The position numbers and the translations under genes are program-made. Shown piece after piece: positions 12,672 to 24,893 of a stretch of 45,898 nucleotides of DNA; the stretch's first letter is position 1; each line of letters begins with the position of its first letter. The notes beneath the pieces were generated by a model. That model did not search any database. It was given only the letters and a program-made list of their open reading frames with translations, and had not been told where the DNA came from. Location of the stretch: NCBI GenBank assembly GCA_002256025.1, contig NKIB01008387.1:62001-107898 (forward strand), written 5' to 3'. This stretch comes from Asterionella formosa (Eukaryota).

Positions 12672-15600
12672 CTACTTCTTCTGTTTGCGAGTCCAAGCCA
12701 TTGCACCAACCAAACCGGCGCCAATGACAGCAACTGCAGCAAGCCCAATCCCTGATGTACGGTGGAACGACAGCCCAGAAAGGAAACGAGAAAGCATGGG
12801 TGCATCAGCCGATTTTGATGAGTTACCATAAGCTTGGAGCCTCTTCCGAAATTTGAGGATATCTTTCGTGTTGTCCACAACAGTATCGCTGATTGAAGTT
12901 CGGACTTCCGATTTATTTAAACTGGATTGCAGAGGAAACTTCTTTCCATACACGCAAGACACAATTCTCGACGGCTTACCCAAGACTACTCTATCCCAAG
13001 TCTCGATAAGTTCTCCACGCTCGAGTCTTTTGATTGTCGAAGCAAGAGAAATGGAGCTATTCCACGGAATATCAGAAACGACGCGCCCACCTTGTAAGAT
13101 CTCTGGACAGTTCCGAAGAATTTTCCCGAAGTGAATAGACGCCTCAGTCCCTAACTTCTGAATTGGTGCCAGAATCTTTGCGCTCAACGCGTCGGCATGA
13201 TCTCGTATTTCCGATTCCGGGATCGTCTCCAACCTTAAGCGAAAGCCTGTCATGAACTCGTCGATCCTTTTGACTATCTCAGGTGGGGAGACTTTATGAG
13301 AAAGTACGTTCACAGCAATGTAATCTATCGGTGTTGTCGTAGTTCCATCGAGAAATTCTTGGTCAGGCGTGCTAGCATGTCCCAAGTCATAATAAGAGCT
13401 GACAACATATCCTAGCTGTTGTTTTGTGCGAAGATTGTTGAACAAAGGTTCTCTGAGCAAATGGCAAAGCAAACGAAGAGAGGCAGAACTCTTCAGACTC
13501 TGGGGTGTGGAAAGTACTTCTCCTCTCCACGCTGGAATCTGTGATTGATAAGTCATAAATACAGCTCCGTTTTCGTCTTCAGGGTTTTGACTTGCGAAGT
13601 GAAGCTGAATTTGCTGTGCCGGTTCCAAACGTCTTTCGTCGGGGCCTTATGAGTGTGGTGAGGGAAGAAGGTGTACAAGATTTACGTGTTGCCAGCATCC
13701 TACTCAGCGTACCTGGTACCCACAGACGTCCGCGACGCTGGGATGTTCTCTCCTCTCCATTCTTAGCCGCGATAACAATTTTCGATGCTTTCTTGAAAAA
13801 AGTTGTTGCTTCAACACTTGACACGTTCCCAGTGCACAAACACTCAATCGTATTTTCTGTGTGTTCAAGAATCGCTGTATGATGAGCTTGAAGTGATCTT
13901 AGTGAGGCCGCTTTCGCAGCTGAGAGGCTATCATCAATAGCAGACGTGCTATTGGACATCAGAAGATCTCGATAGTACATAGCATGACTGTCAGCTCGCC
14001 GAGACTGAAAATACGTGCTGAGACTTCGGACAAAATTGTCTTTCGTTGAGTTGAAATAGAAATCCCGGAAAAATGAAAGGCTGTCATCACCTTGTTTAAA
14101 GAAATCTGTCAGCAATTTTAATGCCAAGTCCAGCAGTCGATCTGAGTATCCACTACAGCTGATAGTTACTCCCGAAGTCGAGGTCGATAGAGACCAGTTG
14201 AGACCGGCCAAGTGTGCGTCGTACGTCTCCTGAGCCATCGCCTGCGAGAACATACTAGAAAGCATTGTCGATTGAATGTTTTTGGTTGTGTCGAAAGTCC
14301 AGACTCCATCAACATTAGAATGAGAAACTGCTGCATTTCTGAGCAAAAGAGTAAGCGAAGCCTTTGGCAGGGCATATCGATCATCAAGCCTGTGCCATAA
14401 CCGCCCGACAATAGGGTCAACTATGAGGAGCTGTGGAGGCTCTATGTCTTTTTCTATTCGTGGGCCTGCTTTCGCTGCGTCAGGAAGTTCTGGGCAGAGC
14501 TCCAGTGACCTTGGAATGTATCGATTTGGTTTTGGAAGGTGTAACGCATCTGCATGAGGTGTATCAACATTTTCCCACTTTAGCACTGTCTTTGCTTCGA
14601 TCGGGACAAGGTAATAGTCAATTCCGTACCATTTCTCTTGTTGTTTCCCAAATCCTTGATCTGCTGGAATTTCTACTGACGCTTCCATTTGATCCCATGC
14701 CGATTGACTGCATCTCTCAACAATACAATTTTGAGGTTTCAAGCGAGCAGCAAAGTCTACCAGTGCGTCGATAGGACAGCTCTCAGGAATTTCGTTTAGC
14801 ATAGACCCGGCGCTTCGGCAAGACTCAGTGCCGAAGCGAACTATAGCCTGCGCCAAACTAGGAGCCAAATCGTACGCCTCCCCTGGCGATGTTTGATCAA
14901 ACTGTGTCTTCGATAAAACTACCTGTTCACCCCAGATGCGTTGCAGATCATCCCTTGTTGTTGACTCGCTCTTGGCGTTGATAGCTGCCGTTAAGATAAG
15001 TTGACAATGCGCCAACAGCACCGACACTACTTCTTCCCAACAATCCTCGCCATGTTCAGTTAGTCCAACTGAAAGCTGAAAAAGGGTTTGATCAGGTCCA
15101 TAAATCCTACTCCCGGCCGATAAAGACCTGATTAATCCTGTGCTTTGAAGCGTAGCAAATGAAGATCCCGGACCTTCGTGGCCCAGGAGGTGGCTAAGAA
15201 TACGCTCAGGGCTCTGATCTACACATTTTTGGGTAGAAGGCAATGGGAAGTTCAACGCAAGCTTTCGCATAGACCTAAGAGGCTTCATCGTTAGAAGCAC
15301 TGGCCATCTACCCGACTGAAATTTAGGATTGAAAGCGGGATTATAATCGGGAATAGGCAATCCAAAAGCATAATTCGGCATGTCTACGGCAGCATCAATG
15401 ATCAAACGCTCAATCTCTGTAGGTACTCTTGGGCGCTCATGAGCCCGAATGGCACCATATCTTGGGACAATCCAGTCTTGCAATATATCCAGAGACTGCG
15501 GCCCAACCACGACAATAGTCATATTTTCAGGACAATAGTGATGACGATGAAATGCAAGTAGTGCGTCTCGAACCCATTCTCTGTTATCGCTTTCCTCCGC

Positions 15601-16158
15601 GGCTGGCAGAGTAATAGAGTTTCCTGTAGTGAACTTGCTGTAGTAATGTTCAGGATCAGCCAAAGCTTTCAAGATCTGAAGCTGACGGCGAGAGTCGTCA
15701 GTTAGATTCTTGGAGTTTTCAGAATTCACTGCATTGACTTCACGTGAAGTTCCACTGGAAGTGAACAGAGGGGCGACAAAGAAGTTTGAAAATATATCGA
15801 TTGCGTGTTCAGCATGCTCAGCCAAGACATCAAATTTGTACGTAGTCAAATGCAAGGAGGTGGACGCGTTGGATCTGCCTCCGTGCGAGGCTAAATAACT
15901 CTTATACTCATTCTCCCCAGGGTATCGCTCACTTCCAAGAAAGCACATGTGTTCGCAGAAATGAGCAAGGCCGCTCAGACTTCGAGGATCAGCAGCTGCT
16001 CCAGCATGAATTGCAGTTGCCATGGCAGTTTTCTTGCTCTCTTTGTCATGAACAGCCATGCAGGTCACTCCGTTTGCCAAGCGAAAAGGGCGATATTCTC
16101 GCCAGTCAGCTTTTCCTTTGCGTACTTCAGGTAGTAATACAACTCCATCGTTGTCCAT
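12672..16158 (-). CDS. M16A insulinase/insulin-degrading enzyme-like zinc metalloprotease; exons 16158-13713 and 13645-12672 (~1139 aa)
   Basis: GLAHFCEHMCFLGSERYPGENEY (inverted HxxEH), SNAST, REVNAVNSE, LSHLLGHEGPGS, FNNLRTKQQLGYVV. A 67-nt phase-1 intron (13712-13646, GTACGC...ATAAG) restores the frame as ...WVPGPDERRLEPAQQ. Confidence 0.92.
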
Positions 16159-16889
16159 TATCAGTTCCTGGGATTTCTATACCGAAGGTAGTCAATCTGG
16201 ATAAATATTGGAATCGCTGAGGGACCCCGACGACCTATTGCATAGAAGCACCACACGACACAGTTAGGAGCTGAACATGCAGTGGGCGAGTGTCATCAAG
16301 CCAACTGATTTCCGTCTGGCAAAAAAATATTTGTTGTTTATATGAAGGCTATTATGGAAGATATGCAACATACATACCGGTAGGGTTTAAGGGTTGATCA
16401 AAAAGAGGGGGACGAAATATCGAAATAAGGGGGACGAAATATTTTTTCTCCTATTTTTATTATAAAATAAATTTTTGTACTCATAACCCCAAAATTTGTG
16501 TTTGTGTGGTTGACCAAATTTTTTTACAGTCAGAGATAACAGTGCATTATATAAAATTATGTATATTCATGTATGACTACATATAATTTGCCGGATATTT
16601 CAAGACTTTTTTAATTGGCCGCCTCCTCTCAGCAAAAAAGGTATGCATAATTGCAATACAGTACATATAAATAATTTTTTAGTCTTTTCCCCATCTACTA
16701 CTGGTCCTGAGCACTCCACTAATGTTTCCCTGGTTGTTTTCCGGAGTCGTAATAAACATAGACACCATCCAAAAGAACTGCAACCATCTGCAGTCAGTGA
16801 CCTGTCTGTGGCTATTTGTTTTCTTAATCCCAGTTTCAAATGCCTAATCAGTCTTTCTGTTCCTACAGGTCCAAAAGGTATTTTAAATC

Positions 16890-17465
16890 AAAGGAATACC
16901 TTCATCCTTCTTTTGTTAAATCGTCCACTTTAAGGCATGACAAAATGATTATACAACTGCTGGCTGGACAAACAACTGCACCTCCTGTCCGATTGAACTT
17001 TGATTTGATTGTACCAGCTACAGGAGTGGAAGTGATTGTAATGGGTTGGGGACTTACAGATGGAAACAACCAGCAGTCACAGAGCAGTCGACTGCCCCAG
17101 GTTTCGGTATAAGTCATTTCGAATGAAGCTTGTTCGAATTCAAAAAGGTTGACTCTTTCTTCTTGACTCATACCAAGGCCAAATATATAGCGATATGGCA
17201 TGCGCCACTGGTGTCCAGGTTTCAATAGAAGTCATTTCGAATCATGCTTGTTCGAATTCAAAATGGTTCACTGTTTCCTCTTGACTTGTAACAAGGCCAA
17301 ATGCATAGCGATATGGTATGCACCACCACCGGTCAAGGTAAAGAAAGCTGCCAAGGCGACTCTGGTGGGCCGCTGATTATTTCCGGACATGACTTTTCAA
17401 GCGATATTCTGTGGGCATGGTGATCTGGGGCTATGGATGTGCTATACCCGGATTCCCAGGAGTAT
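16890..17465 (+). pseudogene. Trypsin-family (S1) serine protease fragment with stops, frameshifts and an internal 118-bp duplication
   Basis: HPSF...HDKMIIQL (Asp region), VIVMGWGLT, V*VISNEAC, KESCQGDSGGPLI (GDSGGP at 17355-17372), WGYGCAIPGFPGV. The N-terminal AAHC His motif was not seen. ~17097-17214 is duplicated at ~17215-17332. Confidence 0.88.
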
Positions 17466-19234
17466 CATTTGCAGCGTACCAAACAAGAACCCTCATTCCT
17501 ATTTCGATTGCAACGAGTTGGGAAACAGCCAAAATGATACTGTTTCTGAATTTCAATGAGAAATAAACTAAATACATGAAGACAATAAATTATGCCTATG
17601 ACTAGCTCATGCACTTTTGGGGACTCGGATACAGCTGTTTTGTTATGAGAACTTTCTCATTGCACAAGGCACAGATTTCTATTTCATTTCATAATCAATC
17701 TGCCAGCGGCACAAGCTGCATTAATATTTGATCCGATTAAAGCCAATATGGTTAGTATTCAATGATGGCGAGATTCTGCAACTCATAATCAATGATTTTA
17801 TTATATTTAAAATGAATGGAGGATGCATTGTTGCTATGAAAATTTAACTGTTAAAAATTATAGTTTTGATAAAATAAATTGGTATTTGGAAGCGCGACCA
17901 GAAACATTAGACAATAGATTTAAATTAAATACTCTGGACGTCTATATGTATGTACATATATACCGGTAACAATATATATCGATGAATAAATAATAATATA
18001 AATTTTTTGCATTGATCACACATCAGGCGGCCACCGAAGGAGAATACCGGTAGTCAGTATAATGGTCATTTTTGTCTCAACTACATGTAGAAGCTACTGA
18101 GAGTAATGCCGGTATATAACCAGGAGTAGCACTATTCTCATATCACTTCTGGCCTGTCAACAGCAGCAATATACTGCCAGAGCAGCACTATACTACCAGG
18201 CACTACGTATTGTAGCCTGGGATATGAGTGACATAGCAATTACGTCGGCACTCCCCAGCACCAAACACGCCAACCTCCGGCAGTTGAAAAGAATAATAAT
18301 CATTATTTCATCAAAACCGCTGAACCTTGTTGAAACGGAAGACCGGCTTGAGCAGCGATGACTACAAAAGCAAGCTCAGGAGTCTAAAGAAGGATAACAT
18401 TCCGTTAATACACCAAAAACGGTTGTCATAAAAACATCCGCTTGCTTTGCTGCTCTGCTGCTGCACTTCTCCTTCATAGTTGACTACTACACATGATATT
18501 GACACAGGTACAAGCTACAGTGACAAATCACATACAGAACACGGTTTTTTGTTTTACTTGGCTGACATCTTGCAATGACAGCCACTGGCGAATACACTGA
18601 ACACGAATAATGACAACGAAAATTGAGTTCGCCAATAGCAACATGAAGTTGTGTTTTCCTTGTGAGGTGAAGAACTCTCTCATTTTTCAGAGGACGGAAA
18701 TAGTTGTCGTATCAATACATATTAGAAAATGCGCTCCATCCTGTAGAATCGATAAAATTTAGGTAGGTCCATTATAAGGGAAATAAATCTCTTCATTTCC
18801 CCCCCCCCCCCAACCAAAAAAAAAAAAATAAAAAAAAAAAAAAAACAATAAACAATAAGGGGGAGGGGGGGGAGAGAAGACAGAAAAAAAAAAAGATATT
18901 GGATTACTTGGTACATACCAGTATTAGTCTAGATGATATACTATTGAATTATGAGCTCATAATGTTTGTTGTATGTATTATGTGCTCCATGTCGAAAATG
19001 TCAGTAAATCTGATACATTATGCATCCGAATTCTTGACAATTTATAAAGCAGCAGTGCAAAATTTGCTTATATTTTTCAATTTTCATTTTAGTAAGCAAA
19101 AAGAGTCATCTAAAATTTAGTTAGGAAAATTTTCTATCATTGATAGAAATTAATATTTATTTGCTACTTATTCAGTCAAAGAAAGTAAACACGAATTCCC
19201 TGAACTAACTCATTTTGCATTTTCGGACACTTTT

Positions 19235-19849
19235 ATGCAAAAAGTGGAGTAGACCTTTTTTCCTCATGAAGCCTGCTGAATATGCAGGTCTCCCACACAC
19301 AGACATTCAACAATGCCACCTCTTCCGCATCCAAGATGTTCAACTTTGGATAGGCAACCACCAGAGTATTCAGCTCCGGCAGTGTCCCCTGGCTGACCTC
19401 TCCCATGCAACTTTCGTCTCTCTCAATTTTAATACCCAAAAGAGTGGGGTTTGTGGCAAAGTTATTGGTCACCAGTGTAGCGGACACCATCACTCCTGCC
19501 CTGTCTGGGCTATCACTGATTCACTGTCTGCCAATATCACTGTCGTGCTCCATGCCTCCGCCGCCCTCATCTGATCATCCTTTGGTTTCTTCCCTCCAAT
19601 GTTAGTGCCTGATCTCTTCGGGCGGGCGGCGCTATGGACTTACTGTGTGCTCACGTCGAAACCGGCTGTATCCGCTTAATCGGCTGCTGGTGCTCCAATG
19701 AAATGCTGCATTACTTACACCTACACCAGGCCCAGCCAGCTACGAAAGACATCGCCTGCCACAGGCTCGCAGGGGTCAAATACACTCTCATTCCTGGCCA
19801 GGACGTACCCAATGCTCTGTTCGACATTCCCAACCCAAGCGCCCCCTAA
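19235..19849 (+). mobile_element. Degenerate tyrosine recombinase (DIRS/Ngaro-type retroelement or Crypton), catalytic domain only
   Basis: FFLMKPAEY (cf. FFLLRPGEY), LFRIQDVQL, ATFVSLNFNTQKSGV, SCPV; then in a shifted frame VSA*SLRAGGAMDLL...IRLIGCWCSNEMLHYLH (cf. SxRSLRAGGA...GRWRSxxMLRY). The GC-rich 19850-20033 may be the element's terminal region. Confidence 0.85.
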
Positions 19850-20177
19850 TGGCGGCCCACCCCTGTTTTTCGCCTATGGCCCACAGGGCGGAAACCTACT
19901 ACTAGTCTACAGACTCTGTGTACAGTGGGTGCAAAGGTGTCGGGAACCCTATACTAGTTGTCTACTTAGACGCCCGCAAAAGAGTTGTGTAGTAAACGGG
20001 AGTCTTTGTAGGCAAATCGGGGGCTACAGAAGCCTGGTACCAGGGTAATGGCTTGCCAGCAGTATCATAGCACCATGCTGGCTGCCGGCAGGAATTCAGT
20101 GATGCTTAGCAGTACCAGCCTGTGTACCAGGTACCTGGTACCTATGATCAGGTGGTTCATTATATACTGCTGCGGCA

Positions 20178-22416
20178 GCAATTCCTGCTCCAGCTATCGT
20201 CTTGCCTTTCGGGTACTTTTTAAGTAATTCTTAGGCTCTAAGTAATTTCTTAAGTAATTTTTATTTAAGGGCAATATGGGGCACATCGAATTTTTCGACA
20301 TAAAAATTGCCGATTTTTAGCATGACAGCTAGAATAACGGTAATATGCATAGGATGGTACAACAAGCATAAAACACACGAGAATGCTTGTAACAACATGC
20401 AACATCAATGAAATTTAACATGATGTTTGGAGCAACCAAAGAATGAAATGCGATGTAATAATTAGCATCAAATGAGAAATAGAAAAAATTGTTTTGGGTT
20501 AGAAATGAACTGAAAAATTGGAGTTTCAATGGAGATGTATGCATTGTGAATCATTTTAGTGCACTTACACTGGCAACATTGACTTTCCATCACCACACGA
20601 AGACCGAAAGAAGAAGAAAAAAAGCTGAACCCAACTTAGACCTGCATAGTTATGTAGCGTAAATGGTCTGGTTGCTGCAACCATGCGCATCGCTGTAGTA
20701 GCCTGACACCATAGCAGTATTTCCGCCACAGTCATTCCTCCGCCCAGCACCAAACAAGCAACTCTGATCATTCCATTCTGAGCAAGCGTGATCGCCATGC
20801 TGCTCCAGCACTATTGACTCTCTCTAGCTGAGTATTTATGTAGCTTGTGATACGAACTCGTAGTAGAAATGTAGCAAAGTGCGTTAGAACAAGAAAGCTT
20901 TGCTTGGCGGCAATATTGACATCATGATAAATGACTATACAAATCAACAAATACGATCAACAACAATACGTTGTCAAAGAGTATTCATTGGGAAAAACAC
21001 TGGTTCTTATATAGATATATACTATCGAAACAAAACGACAGGGTGGAACGACAAACAACGATGGAAGCGATCAAAACAGACCATGGAAGCAATCAAATCG
21101 GAACTTCGACAATTAGTATTTACAATCACATTCAGTGTTTCACTGTTGTACTCACCGATCCGCTCTAACAAGCGTAACACACAGCAGACGATGGGCTCAT
21201 GAGAAATTCGAAAGTTCCTGTTGCAAGCCCGAATTGAGCAACGGCAGGCAGGATAGAGTGAGAATTATAATTGTGAGGACGAAGCGATCAAAATGGACGA
21301 AGCGATCAAAATGGACCATGGAAGCAATCAAATCGGAACTTCGACAATTAGTATCTACGATCACATGCAGTGTTTCACTGTTGTACTCACCGATCCGCTC
21401 TAACAAACATAACACACAGCAGCAGACGATGGGCTCACGAGAAAGTCGAAAGTTCCTGTTGCAAGCCCGAATTGAGCAACGGCAGGCAGGATAGAGTGAG
21501 AAATATAATTGTGAGGACGAAATCGGGCATACAGTACGTAAAATCAATCAATATGTGAACGATCTAATTTAACATTCTGGTCTCGTAAAAACAATACCGA
21601 GTCTACAGAGGTAATATTATAACGTGTTCAAAGTAAGCGTTAAAGTTTAGGTTAAACCATGAATGGTTGATTTTAGTACCACGTACGTATGTAGACTAGG
21701 TGACTACCGGTTGAGTATCCAGCATCATCAGATGCATGACCGGAGCAAAAACTTGCCACCAACATCAGATGTATCGATATCATCGTTCGTCTGACGAAAT
21801 ATGGACAATGCAACTACATGAATCCCTCGAGAAGACAAGCAATACAACAACCAGCCGCATCCGTTAGACAATGAATCGCTACTGGCATCATCAGTGAACT
21901 GATTTCGCTTCAAACCGGTCATGATGGACGACAATCGGCATGGTGAAAGGTGAATTGCCAGAGTCCACTTTTCAGGAGACGAACAAAAACGAGGTGAATT
22001 CTAGATATAAAATATTTAAGTCTGTAGAGTATATAACATTGTTTCCTTAAGTAGACCCCTTGCCGATTTCGGCAATCCCAGGGCTGGAAAACTGAGGGGC
22101 AATTGCTACAAATTGTAATGCCAAAATGCGAAGATAGGAAATATAAAAAATATATTTTAATGATGGGCAATATCGGACCCATTGCAAATTTCGATGTGAA
22201 GATAGGAAATCAACGAAATATATCTTAAATGATGGGATATAGTAAGCTAAAATTGACATTTACACTCGATGAGTGGGCAGTAGGTAAGCGAATGGCGTGA
22301 CGATAGCTAGTTTGTGAATTGTTGAAGGCAATACCCTTCTCGGTGGCTACATGCCTTCTTGTACACATGTGTACTCGCAGGCATGAGACCACCTCGGGCA
22401 TGTATTGCCTTCAGCA
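20178..22416 (+). mobile_element. Non-autonomous non-coding repeat element, copy 1 (with internal ~235-bp tandem duplication)
   Basis: Colinear with 22676-24648 and with the reverse complement of 26681-27963. Starts gcaattcctgctccagctatc and ends gtattgccttcagca. ~21065-21290 is repeated at ~21300-21520. No recognisable ORF. Orientation is arbitrary. Confidence 0.85.
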
Positions 22417-22675
22417 ATATGCTGCCAGCGGAAATTTAGCGATGCTACTAGACTGTGTAACAGGTTATATACTGGTAGCTATGACATCACAATGCTGCTG
22501 GCGGCAGTATAGCGGTATTGGAAGATCTATGGAACCAGGCATGATGTACATTCATACCCAGCCTACTGCCAGTACCTCTGGTCTTGCTCCTGGTATTTCT
22601 CTACCTTTTCCATAGGAGGCTATAGATTCACTATTCAGTCTATGGTGGTGCTAGAGCTTTAATAGTTGCTTCTGA

Positions 22676-24648
22676 CAATTCCCGCTCCAGCTATCATCTT
22701 GCCATTCGGGTACTTCTAAATAATTCTTAGGCTCTAAGTAATTTTTTAAGTAATTTTTATTTAGGGGCAATATGGGGCACATCGAATTTTCGGCATTAAA
22801 ATTGCCGATTTTAGCATGACAGCCAGAATAACGGTAATATGCATGGAGATGGTACAACAACAAGCATTAAAGACATGAGAATGATTGTAACAACATGCAA
22901 CATCAATGAAAATTTAACATAATGTTTGGAGCAACCAAAGTATGAAATGCGATGTAATAATAAGCATCAAATGAGAAATAGAAAAAATTGTTTTGGGTTA
23001 GAAATGAAGCAAAAAATAGCTAGGAGTTTCAATGGAGACGTATGCATTGTGAATCATTGTAGTACTTACACAGGCAACATTAACTTTCCATTATCACACA
23101 ATCGAAGACCGAAAGAAGAAGAAAAAAGCTGAACCCAATATAGACCTGCATCTTTATCTAGCGTAAATGGTCTGGTTGCTGCAACCATGCACATCGCTTT
23201 TTCCGCCACAGTCATTCCTTTGCCCACCATACAAGCAACCCTGATCATTCCATTCTGAGAAAGCGTGATCTCCACGCTGCTCCAGCACTATTGACTCTTC
23301 TAGCTGAGTATTTATTTAGCTTGTAATACGAACTCATCGTAGAAATGTAGCAAAGCGCGTTAGTATAAGAAAAGCATTGCTTGGCGACAATATTGACATC
23401 ATTATGGTAAACAACTATACAAATGAACAAATACGATCAACAACAATACATCGTCAAAGAGTAGTCATCGGTAAATACATTGGTTCTTATGTAGATAGAT
23501 ACAATCGAAACAAAATGACAGTGTGGAACGACAAACAATGATGAAAGCTATCAAAACAGACCATGGAAGCAATCAAATCGGAAAGTCGATAAATAGGATC
23601 TACAATCCACATTCAGTGTTTCACTGTTGTACTCACTGATCCGCTTCAACTAGAATAACAAGCAGCAGACGATGGGATCAAAGAAAGACGATTATTGCCT
23701 GTTGCAAGCCCGAATAGAGCAACGGCAGACAGGATAGAGTGAGAATTATATTTTTGAGGACGAAATCGGGCAGACGGTATGTAAAATCAATGAATATGTG
23801 AACGCTATAATTCAACATTTCAGGTCTACTGAGTCTACAGAGATAAAATTATAATGTGTTCAAAGTAAGCGTTAAAGTTTAGCTTAAACTATGCATGGTT
23901 GTATTCAGTACCACGTACGTATGTAGGCTAGACGACTACCGGTAGAATATCCGTTAAGCATCATCACATGCATGACTGTAGCAAAAACTTGCCACCAACC
24001 AACATCAGATGGATCGATATCATCGTTCGTCGGGACGATGCGACTACTTGAATCTCTCGAGAAGACTAGCAATCCAATAACTAACCGCATCCATTAGACA
24101 ATGAATCGCTACTGGCATCATCGCTGAACTGATTTCGCTTCAAACCGGTCATGATTGATGACGATCGGCATGGTGAAAGGTGAATTGCTGGAGTCCACTT
24201 TTCAGGAGACAAACAAAAACGAGTTGAATTCTAGATATAAATTATTAAATATGAAGAGCATATAAAATGGTTTCCTTGAGTAGACCCCTTGCCGATTTCG
24301 GCAATCCCAGGGCTGGAAAACTGAGGGGCAATTGGCATAATTTGTAAAAGCCAAAATGCGAACATAGGAAATATAAAAAATATATTTTAATGATGGGCAA
24401 TATCGGACCTATTGCGAATTTGGATGTGAAGATAGGAAATATTCGATCTAAATTTTTTATATGATGGGCTATAGCAAGATTTTGAGATTTACACTCGATG
24501 AGTGGGCAGTAGGTAAGCGAATGGCGTGACGATAGTAGCTAGTTTGTGAATTGTTGAAGGCAATACCCTTCTCGGTGGCTACATGCCTTCTCGTACACAT
24601 GTTTACTCGCAGGCATGAGACCACCTCGGGCGTGTATTGCCTTCAGCA
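22676..24648 (+). mobile_element. Same non-autonomous element, copy 2
   Basis: Starts caattcccgctccagctatc and ends gtattgccttcagca; colinear with copy 1 but lacks the internal duplication; flanks differ from copy 1. Confidence 0.85.
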
Positions 24649-24831
24649 TTTTCTCACCTTCCTTATTTTGCCAACCAGAATTAAGCTCATAGCTATAATT
24701 GAAAACAATTAATTTTGTCACCCAAACAATCTACATTCATTCTCTTCCTTTCCTTTAACTTCACTCACTACATTCAATACTGCTTGCCACTTGATTCCTA
24801 CAATCTACTAGCTTGCTACCAATCTACCAGT

Positions 24832-24893
24832 TTGGATCCCTATACAAACCACCTTGGATCCCTATGTGATCTAGTACCACCTTGGATCCCTAT
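24832..24893. repeat. Three short direct repeats (accacc)ttggatccctat
   Basis: Copies at 24832-24843, 24848-24865 and 24876-24893. Confidence 0.8.

Noticed and set aside
16381..16395. Telomere-like tagggtttaagggtt
   Set aside because: Only two imperfect units.
16600..16839. Weak transposase-like look of a 79-aa minus-strand ORF
   Set aside because: No convincing DDE motifs.
18799..18895. Adjacent C, A and G homopolymer runs (possible G-quadruplex, poly(A) tail or terminal repeat)
   Set aside because: Low complexity and possibly a low-quality assembly patch; no associated element could be defined.
21880..21915. Minus-strand GAAA...CTGATGA resembling a hammerhead ribozyme core
   Set aside because: Only 8 nt separate GAAA from CTGATGA, too few for stems III and I plus the cleavage triplet.
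20329..24721. Many 60-120 aa ORFs within the repeat copies, and antisense ORFs inside host genes
   Set aside because: Not frame-conserved between copies and lack recognisable motifs; shadow ORFs.
24832..24893. CRISPR-like short repeats (ttggatccctat x3)
   Set aside because: Repeats of 12-18 bp with spacers of only 4 and 10 nt, no cas genes, eukaryotic context.
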